A stretch of DNA of 64,000 bases, taken from positions 152,633-216,632 of the forward strand of contig NZ_JACJSM010000001.1 in NCBI RefSeq assembly GCF_014698145.1, in the 5' to 3' direction. The position numbers and the translations under genes were made by a program. How positions within the stretch are numbered: the stretch's first letter is position 1; every line of letters starts with the position of its first letter. This document shows positions 56,493 to 64,000 of the stretch, one piece after another. This stretch comes from Oscillatoria sp. FACHB-1406. Its GTDB lineage: Bacteria > Cyanobacteriota > Cyanobacteriia > Cyanobacteriales > Spirulinaceae. The notes below the pieces were generated by a model. It was not told the origin of the DNA. It saw nothing but the letters and a program-made list of their open reading frames with translations, and did no database searches.

Positions 56493-59069
56493 TTACAACC
56501 AATTACCAATGAGAATAAAAGGCGACCAGAGAGCAGGATGACTGTAGTTGTGGTTTTCGAGCATTTTCAATTGGGCGCGTCGCAGGGCTTCAGCTTTAGT
56601 CACGCTGGGATCGAGGAGTTGTTGGTAGAAAGTTTGGATTAGGGGAACGGTGGCTTCGTCATTAATAAACCAAAGGGTAGCGAGGGCGCTTTCAACTCCG
56701 GCGCGCACGGCAACGCCAGCAATACCGAGGGTAGAACGATTGTCGCCGACAGCAGTTTGACAGGCGCTCAAGGCGAGTAAGGCGACGGGGCGCTCTCTGG
56801 AGCGTAAGATATTATCTAATTCATCGATCGCGAGCGGGCCATCATCCGCAAGGACAAAAGTGCTTTCGGCATTCACCCCAAAACGTCCGTGAGTTGACAT
56901 ATGCACGATCGCAAATTCTTGGTGTTGGATTTGGGTTGCAAAATTATTGCGGTTAAAATCGCGATCGAGAAGAGTAACTCCGCCAAAAATCTGCTGCACT
57001 GCCTCCATTTCAGCCCGAACGTTTTTAAGCGGTGCAAAAGAGAGTTGAAGGGTTGAAGGCGTTTTAGGTAAAATTTTTCCTTCCGTTAAGCCGACGCTAA
57101 GCGCTTTGAGACGATCGCGAGCGAGGGGTTTCGAGACGGTTAAACTGACGCTGGGAGCGACCACAAGCGGGTATTTTTGGATTAAAAAAACTTTGCCGTC
57201 GTGGAGAGCGGCCATTGGAATTTTACGAAGAACGCCATCATTAATAAAGAGGAGCGTCTCCGGTTTCGCCGCAGCGAGATCTGTTTCGAGGGGACGCAGC
57301 AAAAGATCGTAAAGTTTTTGCGCTAACGGTAAGTAGCGTCCGGAAGTTCGATCTTCGAGGAAATAGCGAAATTGAGTAATTTCTTCGTCGATTTCGCTGC
57401 TGCTAAGGTTGGCAGCATAATATTGCGTGGTGTTATCCGGCCGTTGCAGGATAGTATAAAGGCGATCGTCGAGAATAATGGTGTAAATGGCTGCGGTGTT
57501 AGTTTCAGATAAACTGCGATTTTCCCGAGCGTTATTTAGGGCTAATTCTACGCAATCGTCGCCGAAGAAGTTTTGAATTTCGGCAAGTTTGAGGTTTTCG
57601 AGAATATTAATAATTTCGCTGAGGGTAGTAGCGCTAGCCTTCGCGTCTTTGGGGAGTTGTTTGTTGCGGGTTGCAATGGCAGCAGGTTGGGAGTCGAGTA
57701 GCAGGGCAAGCAGTTGGCGATAAACGGGTTCAACGCGATCGCGGAAATCGAATTGAATGTCTTTATTCACCCGAATCAAATCGCTGCGAATGCTCTGCAA
57801 GCTGACAATTGCACCTTTATAAGCGGCGATCGCCGCTTGTTTTTGTCCGAGGGCATTAAGGATGCGTCCTGCTTGCCACTGCCAGCGATACAAGCTATCG
57901 GGTGCATTGACTTCTTGAGCGAAGGCTTGCGCTTGCCGCGTGTAGTCCATCGCCCGAGACAAATCTTTCAATTGCGTTTCGTAGAGTTCCCCTAGACTGC
58001 CGGAGGCAAAGGATTCTGCCTTGCGATCGCCGATTTTTCGAGCAACGCCCGCCGCGTTTTCTAACACCTCGAGGGTATCGTTCGCCTTGGCAAAATCGGG
58101 ATGGCGGAGGAAACTGTTACCCAGATTTATGAGCAGGTAGGCTTTTTCGCGCGAGTCGCTAATTTGGGGAAGCAGTTCGCGCGCGCGCTGCCAGTGGGCG
58201 AGGGTTAAGCTGCGAAACTTTTCTGGTGCTAGGGGATAAATTCCACTATCGAGCAGGCGGTTGTAATTGAGAAGCGCTCGGACTTCTTCAACCGGGGCGT
58301 TTTGTTTTGCCGCGCTCGTGCTTTCCTCGAACAATTGCTGCGATCGCTCCCAGCTTTCTTTTGTAGAGCGCTCTAACTCTTCGGCTTGCCGATCGCCTTC
58401 CTCTTGGGCGAGTTGAACTTGGTAGTGCAAGCGTTCGGCTTGTTGGCGATAAACGTTGGCCAGATCGCTGAGTGTTGTTGCAATGGAGCGGGGATCGTTG
58501 AGTTGACGGGCGAGTTCGAGGCTGCTTTGATAGGCGGCGATCGCATTGTCGTATTTTCCCATCGCGCTGTAGGCATTGCCCGAGATTCCTTGTAGGGCGG
58601 CTCGAACGTGGGGAGTGAGTTGGGCGTTTTTAATTTCGGGCAATTCGAGCAGCGAGAGGGCGCGCTCGGACTGCCCTAAGTCGTTGTAAGTTTGAGCTTG
58701 TTCGATGAGGAGTTGGGCAATTTCCTCGGATTTATTGAGAGGGCGATAGAGAGCGATCGCGTTTTCCCAAGCGGCGATTGCTTCGGAAAGCTTGCCAGTT
58801 TGTCGGTAGGCGAGGGCGAGATTGCTGTAAAGGAGGGCGCGATCGCTTGTTTCGCTAGTTTCGGGCAGGAGTTGTTGCCAAACTGCGATCGCGCGATCGA
58901 AGTTGCCACTCTGATAAGCCTCCAGCCCTTGTTGCGCGACAGCCGCCGTTGAAAGCGGTTCCGAGGGGAGTTGTGCGACAGCCATTCTTCCGTGCAGCAG
59001 CCCGCAGAGTGCCAAACCGAGGGTAAAGCTCAGCCCCGCTTTCAACCAGCGATACAACCCCTTCGTCAT
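56493..59069 (-). CDS. TPR-repeat protein with a C-terminal CHAT (caspase-like) protease domain
   Basis: Signal/TM N-terminus and multiple TPRs. CHAT domain with His (VHMSTHGRF) and Cys (LLALSACQTAVG) dyad motifs. Confidence 0.85.
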   Translation of the reverse strand: MTKGLYRWLKAGLSFTLGLALCGLLHGRMAVAQLPSEPLSTAAVAQQGLEAYQSGNFDRAIAVWQQLLPETSETSDRALLYSNLALAYRQTGKLSEAIAAWENAIALYRPLNKSEEIAQLLIEQAQTYNDLGQSERALSLLELPEIKNAQLTPHVRAALQGISGNAYSAMGKYDNAIAAYQSSLELARQLNDPRSIATTLSDLANVYRQQAERLHYQVQLAQEEGDRQAEELERSTKESWERSQQLFEESTSAAKQNAPVEEVRALLNYNRLLDSGIYPLAPEKFRSLTLAHWQRARELLPQISDSREKAYLLINLGNSFLRHPDFAKANDTLEVLENAAGVARKIGDRKAESFASGSLGELYETQLKDLSRAMDYTRQAQAFAQEVNAPDSLYRWQWQAGRILNALGQKQAAIAAYKGAIVSLQSIRSDLIRVNKDIQFDFRDRVEPVYRQLLALLLDSQPAAIATRNKQLPKDAKASATTLSEIINILENLKLAEIQNFFGDDCVELALNNARENRSLSETNTAAIYTIILDDRLYTILQRPDNTTQYYAANLSSSEIDEEITQFRYFLEDRTSGRYLPLAQKLYDLLLRPLETDLAAAKPETLLFINDGVLRKIPMAALHDGKVFLIQKYPLVVAPSVSLTVSKPLARDRLKALSVGLTEGKILPKTPSTLQLSFAPLKNVRAEMEAVQQIFGGVTLLDRDFNRNNFATQIQHQEFAIVHMSTHGRFGVNAESTFVLADDGPLAIDELDNILRSRERPVALLALSACQTAVGDNRSTLGIAGVAVRAGVESALATLWFINDEATVPLIQTFYQQLLDPSVTKAEALRRAQLKMLENHNYSHPALWSPFILIGNWL

Positions 59070-59325
59070 CGGCCTTCGATCCTAATAATTCCTTTCATTT
59101 TAGGGCGGGGGCTGCTTGATGGTTCGCTTAATTGCGCATTTGTTACCCAAACACCTTAGAGCCTCGCCTTTTTTCGCTAAAAATCGGCAATATCTAGCAA
59201 TAAACCCATTGGTGAGGATAATATAATGGGTCGAAAACCGGCAAATTCCATCATGGGTGTCAGGAGTTAACCAGTTTCCAATCCTAAAAGCCAAAATTGC
59301 TAAGACTTGATATTTATGCTTAATA

Positions 59326-59397
59326 AGCGGGTAACGCGATTCGAACGCGCGACATTCACCTTGGCAAGGTGACGCTCTACCACTGAGCTATACCCGC
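59326..59397 (-). tRNA. tRNA-Gly (anticodon GCC)
   Basis: The reverse complement folds as a cloverleaf: acceptor GCGGGTA/TACCCGC, D arm GCTC/GAGC, anticodon arm TCACC-TTGCCAA-GGTGA (anticodon GCC), T arm GCGCG-TTCGAAT-CGCGT and discriminator U. Confidence 0.85.
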
Positions 59398-59510
59398 ATT
59401 AATTTCGATACTTTATAATCATGCCACACAGGGAAAGATTGTGTCAAGTCCCGATACCGATTCAAGTTATAACGACTGCGATCGCGCACCCAGCGCCGCA
59501 GAGCGTTTCC

Positions 59511-60245
59511 TTACTGCTCGCTGGGGGGAGTGCCGTTATCGCTCGGCGCGACTGGGATATTGGGAGTCGCCTGAGTGGGGGGAACAGACGGGAGATTGGG
59601 GAGGGCAGGTTGGGTGCTATTGGGTGGGGTGGGTAATCCAGGAACAGCGGGCGAGACACCGGGCAAAGGTAGCGCCCCCGAAGGATCTTCGGGATTGGGA
59701 TAGGGAGAAACGGGATTGGTTGGGAGCGTGCCGGGGAGCGGTGCGGCAGGATTGGCGAGCGTTGATTGTTGCGCGTTTTGGGGAAGTGTTGCCAAAGCCA
59801 CGCGCCGACCGCCGACTTGCCGAAGCACATCCAACACTTGCATAACGCGATCGTAGCGCACGTCTTTAGAAGCGTACAACAACATAATCGTATCCGGTCG
59901 GCGCTGAAAATAACTTTCTACTGCTTGATAAAGGCGATCGTCGGCGACGGGTTGCTGTTCGATATAAATTTGACCGGCATAGTCCAAACTGACGAGAACC
60001 TGTTCGGGGCGTTGAGCTTCCCCCGTACTCGCTTTAGGGAGATCGAGACCGATCGCGCGCTGGCGAGAAACATCTACGGCTGCCAACAAGAAAAATACCA
60101 AAATACAAAAGATAACATCGATCAGCGGGATAATTTCAACCCGCATATCTTGCTCTGTCGAGTTATCCAGGCGCAGATTGAACGGGCGCATTGCTAGAGA
60201 TAAAGCAGCGCGAGACGGTTTTTTACGCGGTTTTTTTTGGCTCAT
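59511..60245 (-). CDS. exbD: ExbD/TolR family biopolymer transport protein with a Pro-rich C-terminal extension
   Basis: Single TM (IIPLIDVIFCILVFFLLAA) plus an ExbD periplasmic domain. The ~90-aa tail is rich in P/T/N/S. Confidence 0.75.
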   Translation of the reverse strand: MSQKKPRKKPSRAALSLAMRPFNLRLDNSTEQDMRVEIIPLIDVIFCILVFFLLAAVDVSRQRAIGLDLPKASTGEAQRPEQVLVSLDYAGQIYIEQQPVADDRLYQAVESYFQRRPDTIMLLYASKDVRYDRVMQVLDVLRQVGGRRVALATLPQNAQQSTLANPAAPLPGTLPTNPVSPYPNPEDPSGALPLPGVSPAVPGLPTPPNSTQPALPNLPSVPPTQATPNIPVAPSDNGTPPSEQ

Positions 60246-60281
60246 CGTCCGATCGGGAGTTAACGGGTGTATTGCGAATTA

Positions 60282-61139
60282 TTACTCTTCAGTTATCGGT
60301 AAATTAGAACGTTCCTCCTCATCGCGTCGGTTATCGCCTTGTTTGCGAGGGCGGTTTTCGGGTTCCGAGCGTTCCGCATTATCTGCAACATTGTCTGCAA
60401 CATCAGAACTTTCAATCCCGATTAAAGGTTTGCGCTTATAGTTGGGGTCGAGGGGATCTCTAAAAAGAGGGCTTCCCAGTTCGACTCTCCCTGTTTCCCT
60501 GTCATAACCTTCTTCTAGAGCCGACCAATGGCGGCGATAGAGCAATTCGAGATTGGCTCCCGCCTTGCGAAAAACGCGCACCTGACCGAAGATAAAAGCC
60601 TGGAATAAGCGGTAGAAAGCCAAACTCACGATCGCGACCACTAAACCCGTTGCCGTCGAAATTAACGATTCCCCAATCCCTAATGTCACGCCCGCCGTAG
60701 AAGAGGTTCCCAAATCGCTGAGGCTGATCGAACCGAGAGAGCGAATCAATCCTAAAACCGTTCCGAGTAAGCCCAATAACGGGGCGAGGGCAATTACCCC
60801 TTCTAAAATTTTGTCTCCCCGTCGCATCGTCGCTAGCTCGTCATCGGCGGACGCTTCCAAAGCGAGGTGAAAGACCTCGGGATCGGGGTTCACTAATTGT
60901 AGGGGAATGTAGAAAAAGCGGCCAATGGGATGCTGTCGGTACTCTCTGGCAATTTCTACAGCAGCATTCCAATTGCGCGCGGCCGCATCCAGAATGTTGT
61001 TGACAATTTGCTTTTCTTTAAGCAGCACTCTTATCCAGAAAAAGAGGCGATCGATTATGGCATAGCCGGAGAGAATCGATAGAAAGAGCAGCGGCCACAT
61101 CGCCGGCCCGCCTTTTTGAATAAGTTCTGTTACGGTCAC
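60282..61139 (-). CDS. exbB: MotA/TolQ/ExbB proton-channel family protein
   Basis: TM pattern and ExbB-like sequence ([22 protein letters not shown]...). Directly upstream of exbD. Confidence 0.75.
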   Translation of the reverse strand: MTVTELIQKGGPAMWPLLFLSILSGYAIIDRLFFWIRVLLKEKQIVNNILDAAARNWNAAVEIAREYRQHPIGRFFYIPLQLVNPDPEVFHLALEASADDELATMRRGDKILEGVIALAPLLGLLGTVLGLIRSLGSISLSDLGTSSTAGVTLGIGESLISTATGLVVAIVSLAFYRLFQAFIFGQVRVFRKAGANLELLYRRHWSALEEGYDRETGRVELGSPLFRDPLDPNYKRKPLIGIESSDVADNVADNAERSEPENRPRKQGDNRRDEEERSNLPITEE

Positions 61140-61324
61140 AATTTTTTTTACCTCCCTAACCGGCCCGATACCCTGATGATTCTAGAATAGTTTGAGCGGA
61201 GATCGCGTCTTTTTAAATCAAAACCCGGAAAAATTCTGCCGCCCTTGAAAAATGCTAGAGCTTATTCTAGAGCGAATGCGAGTTTTGCTGTCTCAATCTC
61301 GAATGGATTTGGCGAGGAAATCGG

Positions 61325-62117
61325 CATGAACTTCGATCGCGATCGCTTTAATGCTTTTTTAGATCGGGGAGAGCCTCTACCACCGCTGTCGCTCCACGAT
61401 TTTGAGATGTTAGACTCGACCAATACCCGCTTGTGGCAACTGCTCGATCGCGGGATCGCGCTTCCGGCTGTCGCTATCGCCCAGCGGCAAACGGCAGGAC
61501 GCGGACAATGGGGCAGAAGCTGGACTTCGCCGCCCGGAGGGTTGTATCTATCCATCGCGATCGCGCCGCAGATTGCGATCGCCGACAGTTTCCACCTGAC
61601 GCTGTACAGCGCTTTGGGCATCGCTGAAGGGCTGCGCCAGCAAGCGATCCCCGTTCGGCTGAAATGGCCCAACGATCTGATCTTGGAAGGGCGTAAACTC
61701 GGCGGGATCAAGCTGGAAACTCGTCTTCGTTCGGGTTCGCGATCGCCAGGGACTGCCGCACAGATCGCACTAGCCGTTATCGGCGTAGGGATTAACTGGC
61801 GCAATCCCGTTCCCGAACCGGGAATCAACTTACAGGACTATCCAGCCCTTGATAGTTTGGAAATGCTAGCCGCGATCGTCACCCGCAGTATTCTCTCAGC
61901 CTGGGAACGATATCGCCGTCAGGGGATCGTTCCGCTCTTGAGCGATTACAACAACTTGCTCGATAGCATCGGGCGTAATGTTATCGTAGATGGTTATTCC
62001 GGTACGGTTATCGCTGCCGAATCGACTGGAGCGCTGCGCCTGCGTTTGCACTCCACCGGAGCGACAGCAGAAATTTTAAAAATGCCTGGTACGCTCAGTC
62101 TGGGCTATGATGACTAA
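61325..62117 (+). CDS. birA: biotin--[acetyl-CoA-carboxylase] ligase
   Basis: RQTAGRGQWGRSWTSPPGGLYLSIA, i.e. the GRGRxGRxW biotin-binding motif. The start was chosen at MNFDRD; the listed ORF begins 27 codons upstream. Confidence 0.8.
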
Positions 62118-62202
62118 CGATTGCGCTCGCCCGCGCGATTGACCCAATGACATTAAATTAAATATTTCAGTAAATATTTTCAGTGGAGGAGTTGAAGAGA
62201 AG

Positions 62203-63960
62203 ATGAAGCACGATTCGCCCCAAGGTCCTGGGTCTCTACACCCTTGGATGCGTCGTTCCCTACTCGTGCGCGGTGCTGCTTGGGTCAGCAGTTTTACCAT
62301 TCTCAGCGGCGGGCTAGTCGTCGCTCAAACCGACGCACTCATAGACTCTGGCTCTGCCCCCGAGCCCGCCGCAGCCCCCGAGCCCGCTCCTGCCCCTCGC
62401 GCTGAAGCTCCGGCTCCCGAGCCGGAACCCGCACCTCGAGTGATTGAAGCGCGCCCCGAATCTCGCCGCAGTGCCTCGGTAGAACGCGAGAGCGAGAGTC
62501 CTCGCCCCAGTCGCCGCAGTGCTTCGGTAGAACGCGAGAGCGAGAGTCCTCGTCCCAGTCGCCGCAGTGCTTCGGCAGAACGCGAGAGTCCTCGCCCCAG
62601 TCGCCGCAGCGCCTCCCCCGAACCCGAAGTTCAACCTCAACGCCCTCGCCGCCAAGCTTCGGATGTATCGGAAACTCCTAAACTCGAAGCCCCTAGAGTC
62701 TCGGTTCCTTCCGCCCCCAGAAACACGATTCCTGAAGGATTAGTCGATCGCCCGCCGGTTCGAGGCGAGGAAAATATTCAGCGCAGCGCCAAGTTTTCTG
62801 AGAGCGGTACGAATAATTTAGTGGATAACTTTGGCTCGCCCGGTCGCGATCGCCCGAATGTTGTCGTAACGGAACGCGCCAGCGGCTGTCAAACGCTGAT
62901 TCGCAACGGTCAGCTTTCGGAAGGAAGTTGCGGGCGCTCGGTGGTGCGTAAGGTTGATGAAGAGCCTTCGGCTAGCCGTTCGAGCGGGACGACGCGATCG
63001 CTGCGATCGAGAGATCGCGAAAGTCTCGATCGCGGTAGCGGTCAATCTGTAGCCGTAGAGCGGGAGATTGAAGCACGCCCGCAGGGAATCATCCCCCAAC
63101 GCGCGCGCGTCTTAGATTACCAAAATCGAGGCATTCCGGCGACCGAACGAGCGCGCATTCGCGTCGTTCCGACTCAAGTCGCTGCCTACGCCCCGCAAAC
63201 GACCGTTGCTGAGTATTATCGCAGCAGCGGTGGCAGCAGCAGTGCTGCATCGAGTTCCGGTCAAGCTCAACCGGGCGAAACGGCTTTATTATTTCCGCTC
63301 GCGCTTCCGGCTCAAATTACCTCTGGCTTTGGGATACGGGTTCATCCGATTTTGGGAACCGAACGCTTTCACTCCGGGACGGATATTGCCGCGCCCCAAG
63401 GAACGCCGGTTTTAGCGGCTTATCCCGGCGAAGTCGTGCTGGCGGGTGATACTGGCGGTTACGGGTTAATGGTGGGTATTCGTCACGAAAACGGTACTCA
63501 AGAATCTCGTTACGCGCACTTATCCGAAATTTACGTCCGTCCCGGCGATCGCGTCCAGCGCGGCGATACGATTGGAGCAGTCGGCAGCACGGGCTTCTCA
63601 ACGGGCCCTCACCTGCATTTTGAATGGTTACACCAAATGCCGACGGGCTGGGTTGCAGTGGATGCGGGCGAACACATCGAACACGCGCTCGGTAATATGC
63701 TTGCTTCGCTTCCTCCCACCGATGTTGCAACGGCGGCGGGGCAAAGCGAACCCGAACTTCATACTGAAGTGGAGTTTAGTTTCCCCACCGATGCTGAAAT
63801 TGCGGAAAATAAGGCTAAAGCAGGCGGACTGACGGCTAATGCCGCTCCTGGTGCTAATGTCGAAGCGAAGGCTCCAGCAGTTTCTGTTCCCCCGGCTGCA
63901 AGTCCCGCACCCCTGACGGCGCGCTCGGCGCGACCTTCGGGAATTTCTCGCGGGATTTAA
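62203..63960 (+). CDS. M23 family (LytM-like) peptidase with a repetitive, charged N-terminal region
   Basis: HSGTDIAAPQGTPV...GYGLMVGIRH...GSTGFSTGPHLHFEW zinc-binding motifs. The N-terminus carries SASVERESESPRPSRR x3 repeats and a signal/TM segment. Confidence 0.8.
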   Translation: MKHDSPQGPGSLHPWMRRSLLVRGAAWVSSFTILSGGLVVAQTDALIDSGSAPEPAAAPEPAPAPRAEAPAPEPEPAPRVIEARPESRRSASVERESESPRPSRRSASVERESESPRPSRRSASAERESPRPSRRSASPEPEVQPQRPRRQASDVSETPKLEAPRVSVPSAPRNTIPEGLVDRPPVRGEENIQRSAKFSESGTNNLVDNFGSPGRDRPNVVVTERASGCQTLIRNGQLSEGSCGRSVVRKVDEEPSASRSSGTTRSLRSRDRESLDRGSGQSVAVEREIEARPQGIIPQRARVLDYQNRGIPATERARIRVVPTQVAAYAPQTTVAEYYRSSGGSSSAASSSGQAQPGETALLFPLALPAQITSGFGIRVHPILGTERFHSGTDIAAPQGTPVLAAYPGEVVLAGDTGGYGLMVGIRHENGTQESRYAHLSEIYVRPGDRVQRGDTIGAVGSTGFSTGPHLHFEWLHQMPTGWVAVDAGEHIEHALGNMLASLPPTDVATAAGQSEPELHTEVEFSFPTDAEIAENKAKAGGLTANAAPGANVEAKAPAVSVPPAASPAPLTARSARPSGISRGI

Positions 63961-64000
63961 TCGCGCTGGGAATGTTTAGGGTTGGAGGTGCGATGCTTTC

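Noticed and set aside
59421-59845. Plus-strand ORFs overlapping exbD
   Set aside because: Antisense to the Pro-rich ExbD tail; the first also abuts the tRNA-Gly.

Overview
This 64 kb window looks cyanobacterial. The HIP1 octamer GCGATCGC recurs throughout, STRR-like heptamer tandem repeats are present, and the genes have a cyanobacterial flavour (Uma2 endonuclease, pentapeptide-repeat, NACHT-HEAT, CHAT-TPR and Ser/Thr kinase-FGE proteins). Housekeeping genes include aroA, aroC, mnmA, bioD, surE, an RNase R-like RNB ribonuclease, glcD, thrS, dnaK/dnaJ (DnaK3-like), sat, rbfA, panB, birA, exbBD and a tRNA-Gly(GCC). Interleaved with these are several accessory or unusual loci:
1. 817-4332: an MbnB-like DUF692 multinuclear non-heme iron oxidase (MNIO) gene. 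A putative partner gene lies downstream. Two tandem paralogous ~308-aa membrane proteins lie directly upstream, and their C-termini are Cys/Gly/Ser-rich CxxxC tails. This reads as a candidate RiPP-like Cys-modification system that acts on membrane-anchored substrates.
2. 30716-33286: a full-length homologue of the eukaryotic major vault protein. MVP repeats, the SPFH-like shoulder and the cap-helix are all recognisable, and long stretches are near-identical to human MVP.
3. 36595-38330: a REP/RAYT locus. An IS200-like HUH tyrosine transposase is flanked by its palindromic REPs. Next to it are an eight-copy 92-93 bp REP-containing tandem array and a 9x 10-mer half-REP array.
4. A MITE with 12-bp TIRs and 9-10 bp TSDs in two intact copies, a second hairpin repeat family, and a highly structured 240-bp inverted-repeat element carrying four tetraloop hairpins.
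5. A 1315-aa NACHT NTPase carrying about 25 HEAT repeats, with long blocks near-identical at the DNA level.
6. Degraded remnants: a frameshifted, truncated VapBC-like pair and a cytochrome P450 C-terminal fragment beside a perfect 25-bp-arm hairpin.
All calls come from reading the translations and the sequence; no database search was run.
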